Assembly (NCBI RefSeq): GCF_030684315.1
Contig: NC_081393.1
Coordinates: 11,171,565 to 11,235,564 of the forward strand
Length of the DNA stretch: 64,000 nucleotides
Direction: 5' to 3'
DNA from: Stegostoma tigrinum
Lineage: Eukaryota
The notes below the pieces were generated by a model. It did not search any database, was not told the DNA's origin, and worked only from the letters and a program-made list of their open reading frames with translations. Numbering within the stretch: position 1 is the stretch's first letter; each line of letters opens with the position of its first letter. Positions 51,950 through 64,000 of this stretch are shown here, piece after piece. The position numbers and the translations under genes were made by a program.

Positions 51950-54890
51950 TACAGTGTGGAAAGGGTCACCAATCTAACTGCAGGTACAGCTGGTGATGAG
52001 ACAACTAAGAGATGGTGAGGGGGGGACAACTTGTCAATGCAGTACTGAGGGTGCTGTACTTAACTGGACACAGTATATGAAACAAGGTCAATGAGCCTGT
52101 AGCGCAGTTCGAAATTGTCAGGAACGATGTTGTGGGTATCACAGAGATGTGGCTGCAAGGTAATCAGGACCGGTAAGTAAATATCCAAGGATACACATCC
52201 TGTCGAAAAGCCAGGTCAACAGGTTGAAGGGGCAGGGTTGTATCTTCCGTAAGAATGAAATAAAGTCACGTAGTGCTGGAAGTTGTAGAATCTGTTTGAC
52301 TGAGTTGAGGGACCCCAAAGGAAAAGAAGATCCTCCTGGAAGCAGTGCACAGGCCTGCGAAGACTCGTCAGGATGTGGGGAAGAAAATACATTAGGAGAC
52401 AGAAAAAGCATGTAAGAAGGGCAGTGTTGCACAATACGTGGAGATCCTCAAGATGCAGGTGGACTGGGAAAATCAGGTGAGAAGCAGATATCAAGACAAG
52501 GAATTCGTGGAATGTCTAGGAGATGGTGCTTTTTCAACAGCTTGAGTTGGAGCTCACTTGGGAATAGGTAGTTCTGGATTTGGTGATATGATGAGGCAGA
52601 CTGGATTAAGCAGCTTGAGGTAAAGGAACTGCTGGGGTACAGTGACCACAATATTGTAGAATTCACCCTGCAGTTTGTGACAGAAAAGGTGGCATCAGAT
52701 GTAACAGTATTACAGTAGAGTAAAGAAAACCACAAAAGCACGAGGGAGGAGCAGGGTAGAATTGATTAGAAGGCAAGCCAAGCAGAAATTCCTGTGGTGG
52801 TAATTTGGAGGACACAGCAGAAATTCATCCCAAGGAAGAAGAAATGTGCTAAGGGGGAGGATGAGGCAACCATGGCTGGCAAAGGAAGTTAGGGACACCA
52901 TAAAAGCAAAAAAGAAAGCGTTCAATGTGGTGAAGCCAGAGGATGGGGAAGTTTTTCAAAATCAGCAATCAGGAGGGTGAAAGTGAAATATGAAACTAAG
53001 AGAGCTACTGATACTAAAGAAGATTGTGAGAGTTTTTATAAAGATGCCTAAAAAAGTTAGAAAAGCAAACAGGCAGATTGGACCATTGAAAAATGAGGCA
53101 GGAAAAGGACTCAGATCAAAGAAATGGTGGAGGAACTGATGAGGTACTTGGCATCAGTTTTCACTGTGGAAGGAACCAGCATAACAGAACTTGAAGAGTC
53201 AGAGGCAGAGATGAGTGCATTGGTCATCTTTAGTGAGAAGTACTGTGGTAGCTGAAGATGGATAAATCTCACAGACCAAAGGGAATACACCTCAAAGTCC
53301 TGAAGGCGATAGCAGAGGAATTGTAGAGGCATTGGTGGTGAGTTTTCAGCAATCACTGCAGGCAGGCAGGTTCCCAAGGTACTGGAAAATGACAAATGTA
53401 ATACCCAGTTTTAAGAAAGAATGGAGGAAGAGGAGGGTTTGCCTGGCCTTGATCGTTGGTAGTATTTTAAAGCTTGCTATGAAGGATAAGATTATGGACT
53501 ACTTTGAAGTGCAAGGTGAAATAGGGCTGAGTCAGTACACCTTTGTCAAAAGGATGTCATGTCTGACAAATTCTTTGAGTGGTAATGAGCTGGTTAGACA
53601 AAAGAGAGCCAGTGCATATTGTTTATTGGGATTTCCAGAAAGCCTCTGACAAAGTGTGCACAGGCTGCTGCTGAATACGATACGTGTGCATGGTGTTAGG
53701 ATAACGTACTGGCATGGATGCAGCACTGGCTGTCTGGCAGAAGGCAGACAGTGGGGATAAAGGGGTCTGTTTCAGGATGGCAGCTTGTGATAGTAGAGTT
53801 CTCTAGTTCTCATGTTGGGAGCACAAGAATTCACTTTATATATTAACAATCAGGACAAAGGAACTGAGGGCATTGTCGCTAAGTTTGAAGACAACACAAA
53901 GATAGCTGGAGGGACAGGTTTTGTCAGGAAGCTGAAACGCTGCAGGAGGTTTGGACAGACTGAGCGAAGGAGTGGAAGATTGAACAGAATGTGGTGAAGT
54001 GTGAAGTTATGCACTCCAGTTGGAAGAACAGAGGCCTAAATTATTTTCTAAATTGGGAACAGGCTTCAGAAGTATGAAACACAAAGGGACTTGGGAGTCC
54101 AAGTTCAGGATTCTCTTTAGGCTAGCATGCAGTGGCAGTTGGCAGTAAGGAAGGCAAATGTAGTGTTAGCATTCATTTCAAGAGGATGAGAATACAAGAA
54201 CAGAATGCTACTGCTGAGACTGTAAGGCTCTGATCAGACAGTGTTTGGAATATAAGAAGGGTCTAGGCCCGAAATGTCAGCTTTCCTGCTCTTGTGATGC
54301 TGCTTGGCTTGCTGTATTCATCCAGCTCTACACCTTGTATCTCTATTTTAGAATATTGTGCAGAGTTTTGGGGCCCTGTATTTAAGGAAGAATGTATGCT
54401 GGCATTGGAGGGGATCCAGAGGAGATAGATAAGAATGTTTCTGGGGTGAAGGGCTTGTTGTATGATGAACGTTTGCGGATTCTGGGTCTGCCGTCTGTGG
54501 ACTTTGAAGGATGAGGTGGGATCTGACTGAAGCTTAGAGAACACTGAGAAACCTTGATTGAGGAAGATATTTTCATGCATCAGAAAGACCAAGACCCAAG
54601 GACACTGCCTCAGAATGAATTGATGACCCTTTAGAACTGAGATGAGGATGAATATCTCCAAGCTGAGGGTGGTTAATGTATGGAACTGAACTCGCTGCTG
54701 CAGAGGGCTGTGGGGGCCAGGTCATTGAGTGTATTTCAGGCAATTCGACCGATTCTTGATTGGTAAGGGTATTGAGTGCCGGGGGATTGGTGGTGGAAGC
54801 AGGAGAATGGATTTGAGAAACGTATCAGTCATGATCAAATTGTGAAGTTCGCATGATGGGCCGAATGGCCTAATTCTGTCATATGACTTT
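51950..54890 (+). mobile_element. Long decayed CR1 LINE (APE to 3' end), with a PLE mini-insert at ~54255-54345
   Basis: ggtatcacagagatgtggctg (GITETW), LG.SDHN, WKMTNV.P.FKK and KFEDNTKI remnants; CR1 tail. Confidence 0.85.
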
Positions 54891-57800
54891 TGGTTTGACT
54901 AATTTTTGAAGTGAGGCTGCCGTCTTCTGCAGAAAAGAAGTGCATAGAACTTGTTGGCCTGTTTGCTCATGCAGCCCCTGAGAATTTTACCCTCCACATT
55001 ATATTGCGTCTCCTCATTGTTACTATCTCAATGAATCATTTCCTATTTGAATATATGATTTGCACATGTGTTTGAAGATGGGTAAGCAAGCTCACAGTAT
55101 TTTAGCAAAAGAATTTGTGATCTGGAGGAATCAATGAAAAAATGATGATTGTATGTAATGGAGACTGCTAAACTGTCATGCTCATGAAGTGCTATGGTTA
55201 CTGTTTGTCGACATACAATGACATGGATGTTGGAATTCAGAGTATAATTTCAAGTTTTGGCAATGATATCATACTGCAGGAATTTCAAACAGTGAGGACA
55301 GCACTAATTGCCTGCCACATGACAGGCTAGTAGTATGAGCAGACACTGGCAAAATTGAGAGAAGGGTTTGACAAAATGGCTTTTGTTAGAAGGGACAGGA
55401 GGCAATCCCATCATTCGAAATAGTGTACAGGAGCAGAAGGGCAATAGGAGTGCGTGTGCATAGATTTCAGCAGGTAGCAACATGTATTGAGAGCGTGCTT
55501 AAATAAATGCATGGGGTTTTGGACTTCATAAATAGATATTTCGAAGTCTCAAATGCTTCACTGCGCAGGGAATATGTCATTGAGTGTTTTTAAGGCAAAG
55601 ATGGAAACATTTTTTGAACAGTAAAGGAATCAAGTGTTATGGTCAGTTAAGTGAAGTCGATTCGATGAAAAGATCAGGCATGGTTTCATTGAATGGCAGA
55701 GTAGGATCAATGGACACGATGGCTGAGTCCTTCTATTTCTTATGTTCTTATGTTCGGCTGAATCTGCACAAAACCCTTGTCAGGCCACATCTTGCTTCCA
55801 CTTCTGGTTACCACACACTTAATGAGTAGTATGTGAGCCCTTGACATTTATGAACATGAGTTGGCTGTTGAGCTCATGGGCTGACCAAACGTTCCAATGG
55901 AATTTACCTACTCCGTCCCTGCAACGCTGAATGTCATGGCTAGACTTCCACAGCACTCTGTGATTGAGTATTCCAAAGGTTCGCAATCTTTTGCTTTTTA
56001 AAAAATAGGAATCCTCATCTCACACCTCAGTGGCTTCCCTCTGACTTTTTCACTTGTGTCCCTGGTTCTTGTCTTCCCAGTCAGGGGAAGCATTTTGCCC
56101 ACATATACCCTGTCTGTGCTTAGAAATATTTTTAAAGTTTCACTGCAATCACCTATCATTCTTTGAAGTTCCTGAGAGTGCAGGTTCAGTTGGCCTAATC
56201 TCTCCTCTTAGGACAGTCCCACCATTCTCTGAGTAAGTTTGGCGAACTTCACTTGCACTGTTGCAGTAACGTCTATTGCGAGACCAAAACCATACATTGC
56301 AGTCTATCTGGGGGTTAAACTAATTCCTGTACCTAAGGGGCTGCACTCCGAAAGCTTGTGATTTCAAATATACCTGGTAGATTATAACCTGACTTCTTGT
56401 GATTTCTCACTTTGTCTGTCCTAGTCCAACACCGGCACTTCTCCACAGTGACATTGCGGCTTTTATGCGTCTGTGATCATTTAACTACTTTGATCCCTGC
56501 CTCTGGATGAAAATTACTGTGTTCAAACAGGAAACTGGATGATACAAGATCAAGAGTTCTTTTCCGAAAGAACCATGGTCTTAGTGTTGAGCTCCGTTAC
56601 CTGTTGTTTGATTATGTCACTCATTTTCAGCAGAGCAGAGTCTTGCAGTGACCCACAAAATTCACTATTTTCCAACCCAAGTCATTCTCAAAAGTCCAAG
56701 AAAGATGAGTTGATTTTGTTAGTTGTGATCTAGTTCTCTGCTTTCTTCTGTAAAGCACGTGGCTGCATCTTAAATTTGAGACCAAAAAATGCTTGACAGT
56801 CCTCCAATTTCTTACACTCATTGATTGCAGTCCATTCAAATTCCAACAAGAAAATTAATTAATTCCTTGAAATTGTTGGTTGGAGTGCAATGTGTCCTTC
56901 ATGGTATTGCCATCAGTTTATGCTTCGTTCAGGAAGGCGAACAAATAACATAACACTGTTCATTGTTTTAATTGTCTATGCTGAGGATGGCCTCAGAGAA
57001 TGAGAAATGGCTATGCAAGAAGAAAGCAATTTAAAATAAGGTAAACAGCAAAGGAAATCATTCCAGATTTCTTTTGTGACCAGATTGCGCAACATTCAAT
57101 TTTTGGAGGATTTAAGATTTGAAGGAATATGGAAAAATGAATTTATTTAAACTTTTATAGAAATATTTGGGGCAAGTTCTTGAAAATAGATTGTTGAAAG
57201 GCCTCTGTGGAAGTGAGATTTGTTTAAAAGGAGCCTTCCTTAAAATCATGCCTGGACTCTGCAGGGGCTGTTTCACATCAAAGCATTCAAGAATTAGCTG
57301 GGCCACAAGAAGCCTGTGAGAAAGGACTGCACAACTCTTTTCTTGCATTTCCGATAATAACTGTCGTGCTGAGGTTAGAGTGAAATGTGCTTCTTGCTGT
57401 GAATAAAGCAACTTCTCCATAGTGTACTTGCTGGAGAAACTGTGTGCGCAAAGAATCCAGAGATTACTGTGTACTACTCATGTTTTGACAAAGTGCCAGA
57501 AATCAAGGTGACGGACTTTGATACGTTGGATGCCTTTACCCTTTTTGCGTGTCATGGCCAGAGTTTTCTTTGCGATTGTGAACCTCTGCAGAAATAAGTC
57601 CTGTTGTTTTCTCTCCTAAAATGTGCGTGTGTTGTGGTTGGACTGATAAATGTTAGTACTTGTTACCAATTGTTTGTGCAAAGAAATTCTTGGACTTTGA
57701 TTACATTTTAGTTTTGATAGGAAACCAATAACTGCCTTATCAAAGAAGTCTGATCAGTTGATCTTTTCACTGAAAACCTGATTTGGATTTATTTATTTAT

Positions 57801-58731
57801 AAGTATTTATTTGGCCTTGATAGCAACCAGGGAAAGTCTTTTTGATGTTATGTGCCCTGTGGAGGAATGGGACTCGTGCAACAGTGCACCCCATGTTGAT
57901 AGAACTTTATAGAATGGAATCCCAAAGACAGCAGGATATTTCTGCCCCTGTTTAAAAAAATGTGCATTTACTGACTTAGTACACTGGATGCCTGACTTGC
58001 ATTAAAAGCCAAAAATTAAAATGCATTCTTGAAACATGAGAAACATTTAAAATGATACAGATTTGTTTGTTGGACCCCTCCCTGCTAAATGCCCGCAGCA
58101 ACCGGTCTTGTTCCTGAATTGAAGATTTTTGTTATTTCATGAATAAAGAAGAAGGCATCTAGTCCTCTTGCTGTAGATAAGTGTACAGCGTATCCCAATG
58201 ATGAAACTGCCTGAGTGAAAATTGAGCCAACCACTGCACATTTTTTTCACCACCAAAACCGCTTCCAAACTGGCTGAGTTATTGATTAAGGTACCTCATG
58301 GAACTGAATAAGTTGTGAAGTTCCTTTGGCTGGGTCAAGGGTGATCTACGTCACAAATATAAAATAAAACACAAATGGAGAATTGCTGTAAGTTAGACTA
58401 TTCTGAAGCTTCATCAAGCTGGGTTTAATTTATGTCCAGCTGAAGTGATCCGTAGATTGTGATTGGTTGATACTGATGTAACATTTAATTGGTGTGAGTC
58501 CATGTCATGAAATTATCTTAGAGTTTGTACCATTTTGGACATGGAATTGAAAAGAAATGGCAAATTTTGCATTGGGTTTTTCATTAATGGTTGGGTACAC
58601 GTTGCTCTGTTCTTGTGTGAAGAATGTTGTTGACCTCGGTGTTGGCGAGTAGGAAAGTCACTGTCTGCAGTGTTGTTGTCATACAACTACAGGAATAACA
58701 CGTTTCCTGTGCTGACTTGGTTTATTTGCAG

Positions 58732-58855
58732 GAAATGTGATGAAAATTCTGACAGTTACAATGGAGCCGTGAGGGACAACTACACTTGGTCCCAGGATTA
58801 CACTGACCTGGAAGTGAAGGTGCCAGTGTCGAAGGCAATTGTAAAAGGAAGACAG
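58732..58855 (+). CDS. NUDCD3: NUDCD3, coding exon 3 (start of CS/p23 domain)
   Basis: tgcag|G-KCDENSDSYNGAVRDNYTWSQDYTDLEVKVPVSKAIVKGRQ|gtaaga. Confidence 0.94.
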
Positions 58856-60239
58856 GTAAGATTCCATCTACTGCATGGAACGCAACTTATTCAAATGAGC
58901 GAGCCTCATTGTGTTCCAGGTTAAGAGTTCACAATTCTGTCTTGAAACAATGAAAGAGTGTCATGCTGAAGAATAAATTGATCATGACTTGAACCAGTAT
59001 ACCACAAAACTGTCCTGGTGAAGTCCCAGGTTTGATTTCTGACCCTGGCTGCAGCAGCAGTTTGGTGCACCTAACAGCTTTTGCTGTTGAATGCTATCTC
59101 ACAGCGTCTTTTGGTAAGCGTGTGTCAAACTCGGACAGAAAAAGAAATCAGTGATGATAGTCAGCCTTTGGCTATACACAAGAACAGGTTACTGGGTGGG
59201 GTACAGATATCCTAGCGGAGCCAAAGAAGCTGTATTTAAGACAAGGTCATTGCTTTAGAAGGTACAGGCAGAAAATTGTGATGGAGAAAAAAGACTGAAG
59301 GAGACTCGGTACCAAAATAGAAAACCTAATATTATGATCCTGTCTTATGTTATGACTGAACAAGTCAGATCCCAGACTGAAATCGGGCTTGATTGATTAT
59401 TTTTGTTTTGTTTCTCTTCAATGGGGTTTATCCCATCACCGTACAGTGCTCAAACATAAGTGAGAATTTACTCCTGCATCACAACAGTTTGACTTAACTG
59501 TTGACTTATATTTCCAGTCTTGAGAGGTTGATAGCATCTTTGGTTTTTTACACAATGGAAGTTGGATATTCTCAGCTTTGAATCGCCCCTCTGCCATTCT
59601 GTTCTGAGCCTTTTCAAGTCAAATCCTTCTCCTGAATTGACTTGTTTCCTAACTTGGCAGAATGAACTCCTTTCTCTAAAGTAACTGTTTGCACCTTCTT
59701 GCTTTAACCAGGATTTCTGTGAATTTCAACTAAAAAAGGTTTCCAAGATGTGGAATTTTTCCCTGTACATAAAAGTTGTATTTCTGGTGTTTCGAAGCTG
59801 AAAGCAAGATAGTGCTTCTAAAATTGAGTGACACCTGCTTGTAAAACTCTCCCAATAAAAAGAAATTCCCGCGATCACTCTAGAAAGCCTTGGTCTCATA
59901 CTTCATTAAAAATGGCTCCATCAATTCTAGCAAGTTCATCATTAAAACCACATCAATAAGAGTGGGTTGGTGCGGGATAAAGTAATTAAAAATGCCAGAA
60001 CACGTAACACATGTCCAGCAAGTCTGTGCACTGTTTCAATCCTTAACATCATAGAACATAAGAAATAGGGGCAAGAATAGGTCATCAGTCCCCACACCCG
60101 CCCTACTATTCAAAAAGATCACGGTTGATCATTGCCGGGCTTCAAGTCCTTTTCCATCCCAAATCAATATCACCATCAACTCCTTGATAGTTCACACATC
60201 TACCTATCTGTAAATACTATGTGATCAACCCTGTACAAG

Positions 60240-61500
60240 TCAATGAGTGACATAATTGCCTGCCTTTTGGGAATAGAAATCCTTTCACATCTTTTTATTG
60301 GATGGTGATTAAAGTTATACATGAGGGGAATATCAATGAAGTTTTTAATCTGGACTTGCATAGAGTGTTTATTGAAATCCCTTACACTTAATGTTCATTG
60401 AATTAAAGGCAAATTATTAATCTGGTTGGAAAATTGGCTGTGTGTTGGGAGACTGAGAGCAATGATAATAGACACATGCTTTGATTAGCTGGATATGGCT
60501 AATCGTATCCCGTGAGGATCTATTGGGCCTCAACTACTTACTATATTTATGATCAACTTGAATTAGAAAGTGACACAATCAAATTTGCTGATGACAGGAA
60601 GATGGGTAACATTGTAATAGGGTAGATAGAAGTATGATATTACAAAAAGATATTAATAGATTCTTTGAACGGACAAAACAATGACAAACGGATTTCAGTG
60701 GAGGCAAATGTGAGGACATAGATTTTTGGACTGGAAGAATAGTGGAAATACGGCAACAGTGGAGGTCCAAACTGATGGGGTGTGGGGGGGGGGGGTGGTA
60801 TCGAGGAACATGTGAAAGAGACCTTGGAGTTCAGGCTCAGAGTTCCTTGAAAGTGGAGTTTCAGGTTGACAGGATAGTGAACAAGGTGTTTGCTATGCTT
60901 GCTTTTATTGGAAAGTGCATTGAGTATACAATTTGGATGTCATGTTGTGGCTGTACAGGGTGTTGGTTAGGCTACTTGTGGAATACTGTGTTCGATCCCC
61001 TTCTCCCTGTCGTGGGAAGGATGTTGTGAAACTCGTAAGGGTTCAGGAAAGATGTACAAGGATATTGGAGGGTTTGAGCTGTAGGGAGAAGCTATTTAGG
61101 CTAGGACTGTTTTTCCCCAGAGCATCGGAGGCTGACTGGTGATCTTATAGAGGTTTATAAAATCACGGATAAGGTGAATACCCAAGGTCTTACTCCCATG
61201 GTATAAGCGTCCAAAACTAGACGGCATCAGTTCATGGTGCGAGGAGAAATGTTTAAAAGAAACCTCGGGGGCAACATTTTCATGCAGAGGATGGTGTGTG
61301 TGTGTGTGTGTGGAATGAGCTGCCAGATGAGGAGGTGAAGTACAGTCAACACATGTAAACAGCATCTGGATGGGTATATGAATAGGTAGGGTTTAGAGGC
61401 AAATTGGCCAAATGCTGGCAAATGGGAGGGATATCTGGTCAGCATGGGCGAGTTGGGACCCAACGGTCTGTTTTCCATGCTGTCCAGCTGAATGACTCAA
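60240..61500 (+). mobile_element. Decayed CR1 LINE(s), containing a (TG)n tract at ~61294-61312
   Basis: aaatttgctgatgac (KFADD), RDLGVQ, LVEYCV remnants and a CR1 3' end. Confidence 0.8.
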
Positions 61501-62781
61501 CATCTGTTTTAATTCATTGTCCCTGTATTCTGTAATTATGTTCCCTAGTTTGAGAGACCTCCATTAGTGGAATCATATTAACATCTACCCTGTCAAACCT
61601 CCTCAAAATCTTGTACGTTTAAAGAAGATCATCTCTCATTCTTCTATCTCACCTGAATAAAGACCTAATGTAATAATTAGCTGTTCTCAATAAGTTAACC
61701 CTTTTGTGCCAGGAATCTGCCCAATTCATGTCTTTTGAATTGCCTCCAATGCCAGTCTATCGTTTTTAAATATGGAGACAAGACTATACATCAAACTTGA
61801 GATGCAGTCTCACCATCATCTAGGACAATGTGCATTCAACAGCATTGCCATCACTGAATCCCCTTGTTTGCATTGCCCAAAAACTGAATGGGAACAGGCA
61901 CATGCAGTAAATATTGTAGCTCAGCTGTCAGACAGTATTTCTTCCTTGGTTCCCAAATCCAGTCTCCCATCAAGGTGAAGTCAAGCAGGTATTGGAATAG
62001 CCTCTGCAGAGTTGGGTGAGTACAGCTGCAACAGCACTGTGGAAGTTTAACACCAAGCAAGATAATGTAATTCATTTGGTAAGTGTAAATTTGCACGACC
62101 AACAGGGCATTATGCTGTGTTCTGTCCAAACTTCTGCATTGAATGCTGTAGTCAAAATATTCCCAAACTTTGAGCTATATGCCTCTTCCCGATGCAGGAT
62201 GGGCAGAAGGCTGATGACTGAATGCATTGTAAGACACCAAAAGATGTATCTGATGCTTAGTGGCTCTTTAACAACGTATTTTCATTAAGCTCACTGCCTG
62301 TGCGGTTTTCTTCCAATCCCTGCAGTTTGATCCCTGATCACGTGTTTATCTAATTCTCTTTGAAGGTTGTTATTGAACTTGTTTCTACTCACCAAACAGG
62401 CAATACATTCCGAAGCATAACACATAATTACATCCATTTCATGGCATTTTGTGCACTTGGTGCTGGAGACTAATCTTTACTTTCTAAAATTTGGCATTCG
62501 TCTATTCTGCTTGTCAGAGGAATTACTTCATTTTGCTCCCTCAGTTTTATCCCCTCAGATTCAGCATAGAAATCTAGTCATTGATTGAAAACCTGGCAGA
62601 AGCCAGGGATGATCAAAATTCTGAAAGCTAAATACAGACTTGAAATTGCATTGAAGTATTTCGAGACTATGAAAATCTTTTTGAATCTCATAAAAGGTAA
62701 TTAGGAAGTAGAATTGATGTGTACAAGTGATGCTGGTTAGAAAATGAGAAAGGCTGTAATTGCATTTGTGTTTACACACAG

Positions 62782-62925
62782 GTTTCTGTTGACATTCAAA
62801 GCAACAGTCTGCGTGTAGCTGTAATGGAAGGAGGTTGTGAGCGAGTCATTGTGGATGGAAAGCTGACACATAAGATCAATACAGAAAACTCTATGTGGAG
62901 CTTAGAACCTGGACGCTGCATCTTG
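62782..62925 (+). CDS. NUDCD3: NUDCD3, coding exon 4 (CS domain); gene continues beyond the window
   Basis: cacag|VSVDIQSNSLRVAVMEGGCERVIVDGKLTHKINTENSMWSLEPGRCIL|gtaaga, 144 nt; not in the ORF track. Confidence 0.93.
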
Positions 62926-63399
62926 GTAAGACTGCCAGCACTTTCCATACAACATTGGTGATAAACGTAGGCAGTTTGGCTGAAGAGATGGATACGGGTG
63001 TGAATGTTTTATTTGAATTGTCTCCCACCCATCTTCATGTCACCTCGTCAGTGTACCCATTTCTTTTCTACTTCATGGATTTATTTAGTTTCCATTAAAT
63101 GCAACAATTAAGGAATCCAAAATGGGCAGTAATGAGCCTGTGAAATGAATACACTAAAACACCAACCAAGCCAAATGGCGAACAGCAGAGGTGGCTTTAC
63201 ATTCTGGATTTTGTACTTCAATTTTTTTCTTGTCTTGAGATAACTCAGTGGGAGAGTTCCCCTTCTGTCATCCTCCAATGTTTTGCCAAAGTGAGTACTT
63301 TCAAGTTGAAAGTCCAAGTGCTGAGCACCAGTCTGACTTAAGAATGCAGAGTGATCTGTAAGTTACCTAGGTGAAACATGAGGTGTTGTTCATCAAACA

Positions 63400-63610
63400 C
63401 CACCACTCTGTCTGTAAAAATGACCCTGAGCTTCCGGCTGTCTGCCATCTCGGCACACTACTGTGTTCCCATGCCAACGTTTCTGTCTCCGGCTCGCTGA
63501 AGTTGTACGGTGAAGCTCAATGCAAGCTGTAGGAGCAACATCTCATCTTTTGCCCAGGTTTCTTTAGAGCCCTCAGGACTCAACGTGGAGTTAAACAATT
63601 TCAGAGTGTG
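63400..63610 (+). mobile_element. Penelope-like GIY-YIG endonuclease relic
   Basis: gaccctgagcttccgg...gagcaacatctcatctttt...ccctcaggactcaacgtggagtt.aacaatttcaga (EQHLIF..PSGLNVE.NNFR). Confidence 0.65.
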
Positions 63611-63859
63611 AAAACCTACCTCAATGTTCTTCACCCAACCTCCACCCCCAGGTCCTACATGGATTATTCTGAACACAGTTGACACATTTTTTAAACACCT
63701 AAACTTTGTTAATACCTGTCCAGTGTCTTCCTCTGTCCCAGCTTTCTGACAGTCTCCATCTCTAAGGCTCACTTCTCCACTGCTGCACCACTGAAAGTGT
63801 TATCTGGGCCTGTAACCTTTGCTGACTCCAGCAATGTGAGCCAGTTTGTGTTTTTAAAG

Positions 63860-64000
63860 TCAGAGTGAGTGTAATACAGCATGGAAACAGGCCCTTCGGC
63901 CCAAACTGGTCCATGCTGACTATGGTGCCCACTCAACAAGTTCTAATTGCCTGCATTTGGTCCATATCCCCCTCCAAACACTTTCCATCCATGTACCTGC
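63860..64000 (-). mobile_element. CR1 LINE 3' end
   Basis: acagcatggaaacaggcccttcggccca...ctgcatttggtccatatccc. Confidence 0.75.

Overview
Intron-rich vertebrate genomic DNA, very probably from a shark or other elasmobranch (HE1-like SINEs, abundant CR1/HER1 LINEs, Penelope-like elements). It holds three genes. (1) The first coding exon of an N-acetylglucosamine-6-sulfatase (GNS)-like gene on the minus strand (3729-3842); the gene runs leftward and no further exon was identified in the window. (2) A complete X-family DNA polymerase gene on the plus strand, best read as DNA polymerase mu (POLM): 11 coding exons over 8262-35561, 1566 nt, 521 aa, all introns GT-AG and phase-compatible. (3) The first four coding exons of NUDCD3 (44163-62925, plus), continuing beyond the window. 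Each gene has a CpG-rich promoter region. The rest is mostly decayed retroelements: CR1, a CR1/L2-group LINE, a Rex1/Babar LINE, Penelope RT/GIY-YIG relics, SINEs and a solo LTR. The two most notable signals are (a) a Pol mu with TdT-like residues at its substrate-specificity determinants plus a long loop insertion, and (b) many small Penelope-derived elements carrying minimal hammerhead-ribozyme motifs, often inserted as foldback palindromes with target-site duplications. Most ORFs in the supplied track are spurious or repeat-derived. Repeat boundaries are approximate, and family names and human reference sequences are recalled from memory, not from a database search.
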